Source of the DNA: Nitrososphaerota archaeon | Lineage (GTDB): Archaea > Thermoproteota > Nitrososphaeria_A > Caldarchaeales > Calditenuaceae | Reading direction: 5' to 3' | Assembly (NCBI GenBank): GCA_033581555.1 | Contig: JAVQSZ010000008.1 | Span: 1 to 47,334 of the forward strand | Length of the DNA stretch: 47,334 nucleotides | Part shown: positions 26,949 to 37,300 of the stretch, in pieces | How positions within the stretch are numbered: position 1 is the stretch's first letter | How the letters are laid out: each line of letters opens with the position of its first letter | The notes under the pieces: generated by a model | Told to the model about the DNA's origin: nothing | Seen by the model: only the letters and a program-made list of their open reading frames with translations | The model's database searches: none | Translations under genes and position numbers: made by a program

Positions 26949-29594
26949 CTACCCTCGTTCTGTCCCCTCGGGTTCCCTCTTCTCTTTCTCCCTTACTCTC
27001 GGGACGCCGGAGGCCAGATAGGACGCGACCCAGGCCCCCGCGGCGACCAACGACCATCCGTAGAGCCCCATCGGGACCCTCAGGACCTCCTCCTCTGAGC
27101 CGGTGAGCTCCGTCAGCGGTCCGGGTCCCTCGGCCCTCAGCGCCCTCGGAGACGTCCCGACGACCTCGAGCTCGACCCTTCCGTCCCAGCCGGCGGTTCC
27201 CCTCCGCTCGACGACCCCTAGCGCGTTGAGGAGCTCCACGCCGACTCCGGGTGCAGGCAGCCCGAAGACGTCCACAGCCCTCACCGAGACCGACCTCCTC
27301 AGGGGCCTCACCTCGTAGACCCCCTCGGACGCACCGAGGACCTCGAGCCCTCCTGACTGGAGGACCGCTCCCATCCACGCGACCGCCTCGACGGACCAGC
27401 CTACCGGCGGGAGGAGCACTGGGACGTTCAGTGGCACCGCCACCGAGGGCCCTCCGAGACCGATCAGGACCGACCCTCCTTCGAGGCCCCTGGCCGTGAA
27501 GGACACCGGCCTCAGCTCGACGTAAACCGCCTCGAGCTCGACCGCCGACTCCACGACGATCGACCTCTGTGGGGTGAGAATGCCGTCGGACCAACCCGCG
27601 AACGCCCAAACCGAGCCCCCGGATTCGAGGAGCGTGGGAGCCGAGGCCGTCAGGACCGACCCCTTCCTCTCCCAGCCCTCGAGCGAGGCGAGTCCTCCGA
27701 GCTTGATCCTGACGAGGGCCTCCTCGACCCAGTTCGCGACCAACGCGACCGGCCCCTCCACCTCAACATCCACCTCCCTCGAGTCGGAGGCGATGTGCCC
27801 GGTCCACCCGAGGAACCTGTAGCGGACGCCGGACGGGAGGACGACCTGCTCTGGGACCGAGAGCCTCGTCCTAGAGCCCTCGTCGAGCCAGGAGCTCCGC
27901 GCGTATTCTGGGACGTCGGACATCACGGTCAGCGTGTACTGCCTCGCGTAGTTCGCGGTAACGGAGGTCGGCCCCTTCACGACCAGCTGGGTCCTCAGGG
28001 AGTTCGGCGAGAGTACCTCTCCGGTCCAGCCCCTGAAGCTGAGCCTCGTGCCGTTCCCGAACTCGACGAACTCCTCGGCGACCACCTCGACCCTGTCGCC
28101 TTCCCTCCACCAGAGCTCCCTGACCTCTCCGGTCCATCCGTTCACCACCCTCACGAGGTGCTGCCTCTCCAGACTGGCGACCGCGTCGACCGGGCCCCTC
28201 ACGACCAGCTCCGTCGTCGTCCAGTTGCCCGAGGAGTCCCTGAACCCGGTGCCCGTGATCCTGGTGCCGTTCCCGAACTCGAGGACCGAGAAGCCCGCGA
28301 GCTCCTCCAGCCTCAGGGCCCGTCCCTCCTCGACCCATCCCTCCCATCTGCCCAGCGGCGAGAGGTCGACCCTGACGTGGTAGAACCTGACGTACGCCGC
28401 CCTCAGGCCGACAGGACGCTGAACCGTCAGCTCTAGCCTCGGGCCCTCTGAGGACACGTCTCCCTCCCACCTGACGAACCTCAGCCGCGTCCTGTTCCCG
28501 AAGTCGATCAGCTCAGTTGCCTCCACAACGACCCTCGAGTCCCTGTCGTGCCACTCCTCGACCGCATAGGTGGGCGTCTCGACCCTGACGAGGAACTGCG
28601 TGACGTACTTCGCGACCAAGGTCACGTGGTCCCTCGGCCTGAAGGCCAGGGTCGCGCTCCTGGAGATCTCCAAGCCGTCCGAGTACCACCCTGCGAACCT
28701 GTAGCGCGTCTTCGGGTCGTTGGACTGCATGAACTCGCTCGACGTCAGGGTGACCTGCTCTCCCGGCTCGACGAGAACCTCCTGCCTGAACGTCGGAGGG
28801 CCGTCGTCTATCTGCGTCATCACCTTCACCCTGATCCTGATGGGCAGCCCGTCGGGCCCGAGGAGGTACCTGTAGGGGATCGTCGGGGGGAGCGTGACCG
28901 AGCTCGGGACGCTGAAGCTCCCCGATCGTAGCCAGGAGTAAGCGACCGCGAGGGCGTAGAGGTTCAGCGTCGAGGGCTTCGAGTCGCGGACGACGTACTG
29001 GTACATTAGGTCCTCGGGGCTGTCGGTGTGGTCGAGTCCTAGGGCGTGCCCGAGCTCATGGGCCGTCACGACCTTGATCAGGTTCGCGTCGGTCCCGACG
29101 CACCTCAGGGAGACCTCTACCCTCGAGTAGGTTATCTCCCTCTCCCGGCCGTACAGGTAGGCCCTCCCGCAGACCCTAGGACCTAGGTCCTGAACGAAGT
29201 GGACGGTGATGTCGCCAGTGGTGCCGTTGACGCCGCTCAAATAGGTCACCAGTCGCAGCGAGTTCAGGTGCTCGTGGCCGTGGAGGGCCGTGAAGACCTT
29301 GATCGACCTGGACCACCACCTGACCGCCTCGACCGCGAGCTCGGCGTAGATGGGGCTCTCGTGAGGGTAGATCAGGACCGAGATCTCGCTCTTCCTCCAG
29401 GCCCCTATCAGCCCGATCGAGGGCGGAGGCGTGACGTCGGGACTACCGAGGTACTCGTCCCAGATGAGGGCGTACCTGTAGACCTCCCATCCTGCGTCGG
29501 GGGCTGCGGCGGACGGTGGTGCGATCGAGAGAAGGATCAGCGCTAAAGCTACGGCTCCCCTCCACACGCCCGCGCACCGGCTCCCGTCCCTCAC
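26949..29594 (-). CDS. Secreted, membrane-anchored metzincin (matrixin-like) zinc protease with repeated beta-rich stalk domains
   Basis: Signal peptide, HELGHALGLDH, Met-turn DLMY, 5-6 repeats containing (Y/L)RFxGW, and a C-terminal TM helix with charged tail. Confidence 0.85.
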   Translation of the reverse strand: MRDGSRCAGVWRGAVALALILLSIAPPSAAAPDAGWEVYRYALIWDEYLGSPDVTPPPSIGLIGAWRKSEISVLIYPHESPIYAELAVEAVRWWSRSIKVFTALHGHEHLNSLRLVTYLSGVNGTTGDITVHFVQDLGPRVCGRAYLYGREREITYSRVEVSLRCVGTDANLIKVVTAHELGHALGLDHTDSPEDLMYQYVVRDSKPSTLNLYALAVAYSWLRSGSFSVPSSVTLPPTIPYRYLLGPDGLPIRIRVKVMTQIDDGPPTFRQEVLVEPGEQVTLTSSEFMQSNDPKTRYRFAGWYSDGLEISRSATLAFRPRDHVTLVAKYVTQFLVRVETPTYAVEEWHDRDSRVVVEATELIDFGNRTRLRFVRWEGDVSSEGPRLELTVQRPVGLRAAYVRFYHVRVDLSPLGRWEGWVEEGRALRLEELAGFSVLEFGNGTRITGTGFRDSSGNWTTTELVVRGPVDAVASLERQHLVRVVNGWTGEVRELWWREGDRVEVVAEEFVEFGNGTRLSFRGWTGEVLSPNSLRTQLVVKGPTSVTANYARQYTLTVMSDVPEYARSSWLDEGSRTRLSVPEQVVLPSGVRYRFLGWTGHIASDSREVDVEVEGPVALVANWVEEALVRIKLGGLASLEGWERKGSVLTASAPTLLESGGSVWAFAGWSDGILTPQRSIVVESAVELEAVYVELRPVSFTARGLEGGSVLIGLGGPSVAVPLNVPVLLPPVGWSVEAVAWMGAVLQSGGLEVLGASEGVYEVRPLRRSVSVRAVDVFGLPAPGVGVELLNALGVVERRGTAGWDGRVELEVVGTSPRALRAEGPGPLTELTGSEEEVLRVPMGLYGWSLVAAGAWVASYLASGVPRVREKEKREPEGTERG

Positions 29595-29738
29595 GACTCA
29601 GGGGTTATGAACCTTTTCGGATCGTGTCCCTCTGGTTCGCGCCTCTGATAGCACGTCTGCCGGAGCGCTCTGCCTCGAAGGCCGCGCTCCCTCCGGGACT
29701 CCGCAAAGCGCATTTACCATCGCCGCGCAGTGGGTGTG

Positions 29739-30188
29739 ATGTCCAGGCTCCTCTCCGCGTGGGCCCTGTTCCTCCGGCTCTCGGTAGCCGGCTTCTGGCT
29801 CTTCTTCGCGAGCCAGCGCTGGTTCGACAGGAGCTGGGTGCGGGAGCTGTTCGCGACCGCGGCCCTGGGGAACTACGTCCCGCTCTACGGCGACCTGTTG
29901 AGGGCCCTAGTCCCCTCGTGGGAGGCAGTGACCTTGGCGGTAACCGTAGCTGAGACGGCTATAGGGATCGCGCTCCTTCTGGGGTTCTACGCCAGGGCAG
30001 CGGCCGTCGCGGGAGCGGCAATAGCGCTGAACCTCTGGCTCACCTTCTCCCTCTGTGACTGCTGGTGGAACGAGCGGGACGCGCCGATGGTCTTCTGGTT
30101 CTACTTCTCCGCGTTCCTCCTGAACGTTGCCGTCGCTCGGGAGAGACACGCCCCGATGGCGATGAGGAGGGGAGGACTCGGCGGATAA
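29739..30188 (+). CDS. DoxX/DoxD-like membrane protein
   Basis: LFLRLSVAGFWLF and AETAIGIALLLGFYARAAAVAG match the DoxX-type pattern; four TM segments. Confidence 0.7.
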   Translation: MSRLLSAWALFLRLSVAGFWLFFASQRWFDRSWVRELFATAALGNYVPLYGDLLRALVPSWEAVTLAVTVAETAIGIALLLGFYARAAAVAGAAIALNLWLTFSLCDCWWNERDAPMVFWFYFSAFLLNVAVARERHAPMAMRRGGLGG

Positions 30189-30326
30189 CCCTCTGGGCGA
30201 GCGACGACCTCGGGCCTCGGCTCGTACCTCCCTCTCCGCACGGCTCGATCCGGCGCGATTACGACTCGATAAGTGATCGGGAAACGTTCAACCGGCGGCT
30301 CTGGGCTGGATTCCCGGTGAAGGGGC

Positions 30327-31193
30327 GTGAAGGCCTACAACCCGTTCGTCGGGTGGGTCGAGTTCCGTGACAGGCCGGAGAGGATCGTCAGCCTGAACCC
30401 CTCCATCACCGAGACGCTCTTCGAGCTGGGCGCTGGCGAGAGGGTCGTCGGCGTCTCGTCCTGGTGCCACAGGCCAAAGGAGGCGCTGAGCCGGCCGAAG
30501 GTCGGGAGCTACACGATGGTCCTCGAGGACAAGCTCCGCCAGCTCGACCCGGACTTGATCTTCACCACCACAGGAGCCCAAAGGGAGGCCCTCCTGAGGC
30601 TCCTCGGGCTCGGCTATCCGACTTACCCGATACCCTACCCGAGGGACCTCTACGCGATACTCTCGATGTTCGCGGAGGTCGGGGGCCTGATCGGCGAGAA
30701 CGAGAAGGCCCTGGAGCTCTGCAGGTCCAGCATCGAGCGGGTCAGCGCGCTCGCGGCCATGAGGGAGAGGGGCGAGGGCGCTAGGCCGCCGAGGGTCTAC
30801 GTCGAGATCGACTTGGGAGGCCCGACCGTCCCAGCCTACTTCAACCACATAACCCATGCCTTCTACATCGCGGGGATCGAGAACGTCCTGCTCAACAGGT
30901 CGGTCGACTACCTCTACGGGATGAAGGTCGGAGACTACGACGTCTTCGACGTCGCTTCGGAGCTGAGGAGGCTAGACCCGGACGTGATCGTCTTCGAGTC
31001 GAAGAGCTTCCACCCTAACCCGAGAGAGGGCCTCGAGGTGATGGAGGGGAGGGGCCTGGGAGACCTTAGGGCCGTTGGGGAGGGGAAGGTCATCACGCTC
31101 CCCGCCGACACCCTGGCGCACTACGGGCCCTCGTTCCTGAGGGAGGTCGGGGGCGTCTGCGAGAGGATCTGGACCCTCCACCTTCGGAGCTGA
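30327..31193 (+). CDS. BtuF-like helical-backbone (cobalamin/iron-chelate) binding protein
   Basis: PERIVSLNPSITETLFELGAGERVVGVS.WC, LDPDLI, LRAVGEGKV, HYGP. Confidence 0.85.
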   Translation: MKAYNPFVGWVEFRDRPERIVSLNPSITETLFELGAGERVVGVSSWCHRPKEALSRPKVGSYTMVLEDKLRQLDPDLIFTTTGAQREALLRLLGLGYPTYPIPYPRDLYAILSMFAEVGGLIGENEKALELCRSSIERVSALAAMRERGEGARPPRVYVEIDLGGPTVPAYFNHITHAFYIAGIENVLLNRSVDYLYGMKVGDYDVFDVASELRRLDPDVIVFESKSFHPNPREGLEVMEGRGLGDLRAVGEGKVITLPADTLAHYGPSFLREVGGVCERIWTLHLRS

Positions 31194-31229
31194 GTTACAG
31201 AGTTCCGAGCGAGTCCTCGGAGCGTTCGC

Positions 31230-31580
31230 CATCCCGCGTAATTCACCGCTTCACCGAAGGCCGGTCGAAGGTTAGACCCATCGTCGTAGGAGCTGTGAAC
31301 CGTGAAGTCTGGAGACGCGTTCTCCTCAGCCGCTCCTTCCCGGCGCCCCGTGGACTCTCGACTCCCCTTCACTTCCAGTGGAGCCCGTGGAGCCCGCACT
31401 TCCTCCAGGGGAAAAAGAGGGGTCTCCCGATGTCCCTCTACCCTGTGAACGACCTGTGAAGACTCCCCTCCCCATCGCTTCTCGTGGATGACGTGGTGTT
31501 AAGGGGATCTTCACGGGGATTCGTGGAATATACTGTTATATTGTGTATGTGATGTATTCGCTACATCTTATAATCCGACG
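31230..31580. other. Probable replication origin (oriC) with ORB boxes and an AT-rich unwinding/promoter tract
   Basis: Intergenic ~410 bp upstream of cdc6. ORB-like boxes CTCCACTGGAAGTGAAGGGG (minus, 31364-31383), CTCCAGGGGAAAAAGAGGGG (plus, 31403-31422) and TCCACGAGAAGCGATGGGG (minus, 31470-31488); AT-rich tract 31527-31574. Confidence 0.85.
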
Positions 31581-31602
31581 GTCCCGGACTTCTCCACCGG
31601 TC

Positions 31603-32859
31603 ATGGAGAGGTTTCAGTTGAAGGTGAGGGGTCGGGAGGACCCCCTGGAGGACCTGATAAGGAGGACGCTCGACGGGAAATCACCGTTCAAGAACAGGGA
31701 TGTTCTGAGGTCCGACTACATCCCCGAGAACCTGCCCCACAGGTGGGAGCACGTCAGGAGGCTGGGTGAGATCCTCTCGCCGAGCCTGAGGATGGTCAGG
31801 CCGAGCAACGTCTTCGTCTACGGGAAGACGGGCACGGGGAAGACGGCGGTCGCGAAGCACGTCCTGAAGAGGTTCTCGCAGGAGGCGGAGAGGCAGGGCC
31901 TCGACCTTAGGTTCGTCTACGTGAACTGCAGGCTCTCCGGGACCGAGTACAGGGTGATCTCAGAGCTCTGCGGTGCCTTGGGCGTCAAGGTTCCCTTCAC
32001 CGGCCTCTCGAAGGCCGAGGTCCTCTCCAGGTTCAGGAACGCCCTCTACAGGTCCAGCTCCCTGGTCATAGCCTGCCTCGACGAGATCGACCACCTGGTC
32101 AAGACCAGCGGCGATGAGTTCCTCTACGCCCTCACCAGGATCAACGAGGGCTCCGAGGGCGGGCAGCTCTCCCTTATCGGGATCTCGAACGACCTCACGT
32201 TCAAGGAGATGCTCGACCCGAGGGTCCTCTCCTCCCTCAGCGAGGAGGAGATCGTCTTCCACCCCTACACCGCGGTCGAGCTGGTAGACATCCTCAGCGA
32301 GAGGGCCTCGATGGCGCTCCACGAGGGCGCGATCTCCGAGGGCGTGATCCAACTCTGTGCGGCCCTCGCGGCGGCCGAGCACGGGGACGCGAGGAGGGCG
32401 ATCGACCTCCTGAGGGTCGCGGCTGAGCTCGCGGAGAGGGAGGGCTCGGCGGTCGTCGAGGAGAGGCACGTCAGGGAGGCCTACGGCGTGATCGAGCAGG
32501 GCAGGGTCTACGAGGCCCTCTCCACCCTTCCTCTCCACGGCAGGGCGATCCTTCTGGCGGTCTACCAGTGCGTCAGGGCAGGAGTCCAGAGGATAACCAC
32601 GGGATTGGTTTACGCGCAGTACAGGAAGATCTGCGAGCACCTGGGGATCGAGCCCCTCACCGACAGGAGGGTCAGCTCGATACTCTCGGAGCTCGGGATG
32701 CTGGGCGTGATAACCAGCGACGTCGTGAGCTACGGCAGATACGGCAGGACCAGGAGGATCTCGCTGAACATCCCCGTCCACGAGCTCGAAGAGGTCCTCC
32801 TGCACGACGATGCCCTCGCTGGGGCCCTCGACGTTCCCCTGAACCAGAAGGAGGGCTGA
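31603..32859 (+). CDS. cdc6: Orc1/Cdc6 replication initiator
   Basis: YIPENLPHR, GKTGTGKT, YVNC, LDEID, GDARRAIDLL and C-terminal wHTH with GRYGRTR. Confidence 0.97.
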   Translation: MERFQLKVRGREDPLEDLIRRTLDGKSPFKNRDVLRSDYIPENLPHRWEHVRRLGEILSPSLRMVRPSNVFVYGKTGTGKTAVAKHVLKRFSQEAERQGLDLRFVYVNCRLSGTEYRVISELCGALGVKVPFTGLSKAEVLSRFRNALYRSSSLVIACLDEIDHLVKTSGDEFLYALTRINEGSEGGQLSLIGISNDLTFKEMLDPRVLSSLSEEEIVFHPYTAVELVDILSERASMALHEGAISEGVIQLCAALAAAEHGDARRAIDLLRVAAELAEREGSAVVEERHVREAYGVIEQGRVYEALSTLPLHGRAILLAVYQCVRAGVQRITTGLVYAQYRKICEHLGIEPLTDRRVSSILSELGMLGVITSDVVSYGRYGRTRRISLNIPVHELEEVLLHDDALAGALDVPLNQKEG

Positions 32860-32871
32860 AGGGCTCGAAGG

Positions 32872-34335
32872 ATGGCCGCGTTAGGGAGGCGGAGGCTCTC
32901 GCCGGAGAGGGTCGTCAGGTCCTTCTCCAGGTCCGGGTACGGCCTCACCGCCGAGGCCCTCGCGAAGGTCGTGGAGCTCTTCGCGACCGAGTCAGAGCTC
33001 GAGGAGCTCCTCTCAAGGGTCAGATCCAGGCTTCCTAAGGGCACGGTCCTCGACGAGCGGGCGATCTCGGAGCTCGTCCCCCCCTTTGGGCCCGGAGCGC
33101 CGAGGAGCGTAGAACCGAAGGAGGTCAGGCCCGAGGCGGGGCTGAGGGTCCTCTCGCCGACCTACGAGGACCTCAGGATCGAGGGGACCTACGAGGAGTT
33201 CCAGGCCCACAGGGCCTCGAGGTACTCCGGGATCAGGTCGCTCCTCGAGGCGAGGGGCCTCGCGCTGAGGTCGGTCAGGGAGGTCCTCGAGTCGGGGCAG
33301 GAGGGCTACGCCGCGTGCGCGGTGAACGACGTGAGGCTCTCCGACGGGAGGTTCGTCCTGAGGCTCGAGGACCCGAGCGGCGTCTGGACCGCGGTCGCGT
33401 CCGCTAAGGACAGAAGGCTCTCGGAGAAGCTCGAGCTCCTCGCGAGGGACATGGTCGTCGCAGTGAGGGCGATGGGGAGGGGAGGGAGGCTCGTCGTGAG
33501 GGACGTCGTCTTCCCGGAGGTCTCGACGTCGAGGAACGCGTTCAGGGGCCCGGACGTCAGGGTCTGCGTGATCTCGGACGTCCACGTCGGCAGCTCGAAG
33601 TTCGAGAGGGAGGCGTTCGAGGAGTTCCTCGACTGGCTCTCGGACGAGTGGGAGGCCCTCAACGTCAAGTACCTCGTCGTCAACGGAGACTTGGTCGACG
33701 GAGTCTTCGTCTACCCGGGCCAGAGGGAGGAGCTGGAGCTGAAGTCGCTGAGGGAGCAGTTCGCGGAGGCTGGCAGGCTCCTCTCGAGGGTCCCGAAAGA
33801 GGTCAAGGTCGTCTACCTCCCGGGGAACCACGAACCCGTCAGGAGGGCCCTACCCCAGCCGCCGGTCCCGAGGGAGTTCAGGCCGGTCCTGGACCCTGAG
33901 GGGAGGTTCGAGTACGCGGGGAACCCTGCGCTGATGGAGCTCGGGGGCGCGAGGCTCCTCTTCTCCCACGGCCAGACGATGGACGACGTCATCCAGCTCA
34001 GCTCTAGGTTCTCCTACAGCAACCTCAGGGAGGAGGTCGGAGAGGTGATGGAGGTCTTCCTGAGGTGCAGGCACCTGGCCCCCACGGTCGAGGTGACGCC
34101 GGTCCTCCCGCTCCCCCGCGACCCCCTCGTCATCGAGGAGGTCCCCGATGTCCTAGCGATGGGGCACGTCCACGTCGCGGCCGTGAAGACCTACAGGGGC
34201 GTGAGGATGATGAACTCGGGGACCTGGCAGGGCCAGACGAGGCTCCAGAGGAGCGTCGGCCTCGAGCCGACCGTGGGGACCGTGGCCCTGATCGACGCGA
34301 GGGACCTCTCTGCGAGGGTCCTGAAGTTCGGGTGA
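32872..34335 (+). CDS. polB: DNA polymerase D small (proofreading) subunit DP1
   Basis: OB region LEDPSG; phosphoesterase motifs ISDVHVGS, NGDLVDGVFVYPGQ, PGNHE, SHG, RHLAP, GHVH, NSGTWQ. Confidence 0.95.
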   Translation: MAALGRRRLSPERVVRSFSRSGYGLTAEALAKVVELFATESELEELLSRVRSRLPKGTVLDERAISELVPPFGPGAPRSVEPKEVRPEAGLRVLSPTYEDLRIEGTYEEFQAHRASRYSGIRSLLEARGLALRSVREVLESGQEGYAACAVNDVRLSDGRFVLRLEDPSGVWTAVASAKDRRLSEKLELLARDMVVAVRAMGRGGRLVVRDVVFPEVSTSRNAFRGPDVRVCVISDVHVGSSKFEREAFEEFLDWLSDEWEALNVKYLVVNGDLVDGVFVYPGQREELELKSLREQFAEAGRLLSRVPKEVKVVYLPGNHEPVRRALPQPPVPREFRPVLDPEGRFEYAGNPALMELGGARLLFSHGQTMDDVIQLSSRFSYSNLREEVGEVMEVFLRCRHLAPTVEVTPVLPLPRDPLVIEEVPDVLAMGHVHVAAVKTYRGVRMMNSGTWQGQTRLQRSVGLEPTVGTVALIDARDLSARVLKFG

Positions 34336-34337
34336 GC

Positions 34338-37300
34338 TCATAGGAAGCTCCTCAGGCTAGTCTGCCTCCCTCTCTCCGAGGGACTCGACCCGGACCCGAA
34401 CAGCTGCGAGAGGGCGCCTAGCGACTCGAGCGTCGCCTCCCTTATCGTTTGGTCCCGGACGTAACGCTCCATCAGCCTCAACACCAGGTCCACGTTCTTC
34501 TCGACCATTCCCCTGTAGACCGTGAGGGTCAGGGGCTCTCCGCAGAAGAGGCACGCTCCCCTGAGCGGAGGCCTCGCGTACTTCGTGTTGCACTTCCTGC
34601 AGATGAACCTCTGCATGAAGAAGGCCCTGAGGTTCCCGATGACGTCCGGGAGGACGTGGACCTCCATCACCCTCTCCGCGACCAGCGACGGGTCCACGGC
34701 CGCTACCCTCTCCGCTACCCTCATCTGGGACTCGATCTTGTCGACGAGCCTCTCGAGCCTCTTGTAGGAGGTCGAGGTGACCGGATGGGAGAGGAGGAAC
34801 GACGGGACCGAGAAGCCGTTGCCCTGGAAGCACTCCACCGTCCCGACCCTCTGACCGACCAACGGTATCAGCCCGGTGAGGTCCGAGGCCCTCGCGGAGG
34901 AGAGCGCGGCCTCGTAGAACTCGAGCGGGTACCTGGTCGCGACGTCGACGTTGTGGGACTGCTCGTCGACCTCGGCCGGGTCAACGACCACCGTGACCAG
35001 CAAGGGCGCATCCATCGAGCCCCCGACCCTGTCGGGGAGGTAGAGCCTGCTGAAGTTGACGAGGAAGTCCATGAGGAGCGAGACGCTGTCCTCGTCGCCG
35101 TCGCAGTCCCTCCTCTTCGCAGCGTGAACGAACGGGTGGGCGTAGACGACCTCAGAGTCGGTGAACCCGATCACCCTGCAGACTACAGCTCCGTAGGTGT
35201 GAGGGGAGATGGTCGCGACCAGGGCCCCTAAGCAGTCCTCGGGATTCGACCAGCCGTAGAAGGGCTCGAGGCCGTTCGCCTGGAGGTACCTGTCAACGAA
35301 CTTCGAGACCTTGAGGAGGTGCTCGGCCATCTTCCTCGGGACGACGATGTCCTGCGGGAGGAGCTCGCAGACCTGTTCCTCCGAGACGAGCGAGTCGCCC
35401 CTGAAGTCCCTGTCGTAGCCGAGCTCCCTGAGGACGTCGGCCGGGACCGAGACGTCCTTGGGCCTGAAGTGGGTGAGGGGGGCGTTCGTCGCGTCGAACC
35501 TTATCGTCCCGTCCTTGTAGACGTGGAGCCCTAGCGAGGCCCTCAAGACGCCCTTGAGGACGTCCTCTGGGACCGCGAACCTGCTGACCAGCTCCCTCAC
35601 GCCCTTCACCTCCTCCACCAGCTCCCCCGCGGCCCTCATCGCGGCCTCGAGCTCCGACCTCAGGTCGACCTGGTGGGTCACGCTGGTGACGAGCGGAGAC
35701 CCGCACCTCGGGCACCTCGCGGCCTCGGGCTCGACGTGCTCGTCGCCGCACCCGGGGCACCTCGAGAAGACGACGGTAGGCGAGCCGCAGGACTCGCACC
35801 TCGGCCTCCACGTGACCCTGCCGCAGGACTGGCAGGACCTCGAGTTGAGCCTCAGGGAGACCGTGCCCCGCCTCGACGCCTCGACCAGGGACCTCCTGGG
35901 GCCCCCGGAGAGCCCCACCGGGAAGAGGAAGTGGGCCGGGGGCTTCATCCTCCTCTGGGCAGCCTTCTCCGGCCTACCCATCCTCACGCCGACCACGGAA
36001 CCCATCCTCGGCCTGTAGGGGATGCCCGAGAGGGCCGAGAGGGCCTGACGGACGTCCATCCCGGAGACGTCGACGGGCTTGAAGGGCCTGAAGAGGAAGA
36101 CGAGCGCCTTCAGCCACTGGACCTCCAGGAAGATCCTCCCGTCCCTGACCCTGTGCGGGACGAGCATCGACTCGAGGGCGGCCTTCGCGGAGGCGTCTAA
36201 GGGGAGGGACCTGTAACGCCTGACGTTGGAGGAGATCCACCTCCTGACGGCCTCGATCTGCTCGCCGGTGGCGTTGTCCCAGAAGGGCATGTACCTCGGG
36301 TGAATAGGGACGCCGAGCCTCGCGGAGACCCTGCAGGCGACCTCGACCGGAGGCACGTTCCTGAAGGGGTCCGCGTCCGCGAACCTCACCCACTCGGCGT
36401 CCTCGCCCAGTTCGGCACGGCGCTCGGCGACGGCCCTCTTCACCTCCTCGACCCACCACTCCTCGCAGTACCCAGGAGGCCTGAGCCTGACGTTGCTCTC
36501 GATGCAGTCGCCGAAGCTCACCAGCAAGTCCCCGACGAAGAGCACCTTCTCCCCGAACCTGAGCGCCTCCTCCAGCCTCTCCTGCGAGTCGACCCTCACG
36601 ACCGAGCCGTCCGAGAGCCTCACGACCGGGGGCTCGATCGCGTCGACCGGCATCGCGACCCCCGCCTTCCCCGGGAAGTCTACCCTGAGCTGCGTGCCCG
36701 GGACTACGAAGTCGTCGAGAACCCTCATCGAGTACGGGTGGACCCCCAGGGCGGACATCGAGGTGTTAGGGGCCCTTCCGTACCTGACCCTGAAGCCGCC
36801 GAACCTGCCGGAGAGCGAGAGGACCGGCCTCCCGACGATGACCTCGTCGACCGCGGAGGCGTTGGACTTAGCGCCCTTCGCAGCCTCGGAGACCTCCTCG
36901 AGCCAGTCCCAGCCTTCGAGCCCGACGGCCTTCACGAGCTTCAGGACCTTCTTCGCCCTCCCGACTATCCCGTCGTGGACGACCCTGAGCGCCCCTCCGC
37001 GGAGGTACGGCGTCTCGACCCTGTAGACCTCCCTGAAGGACGGGACAGGTATCGGGTCGGTGGGGACGCCGGTGATCTCGATGGGCAGCCTCCTCAGCAC
37101 GAACTCGAGGACCTCGTCGGGGACGTTGAACTGAAACCTCCCGACCTTCCTCCTGTAGGTCCTGACCTCCTCGAGGAACCTCATCACCTCCTCATCGGTC
37201 GGCCTGTAGGGCGCGAGGCCCATCAGTCTCCTGACGTGGTCCGCGAGGACGACCGATCCAGCGACCTCGGTGCCTCCCGCAGACCTGATCGGGTTCGCGT

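Noticed and set aside
31230-31530. Short repeats upstream of cdc6 as a CRISPR array or structured RNA
   Set aside because: There is no regular repeat-spacer period; the repeats match ORB elements.
31543-31602. 20-aa N-terminal extension of Cdc6 in the ORF track
   Set aside because: It runs through the AT-rich origin/promoter tract; ATG 31603 lies ~30 nt after TTATAAT and is the more plausible start.
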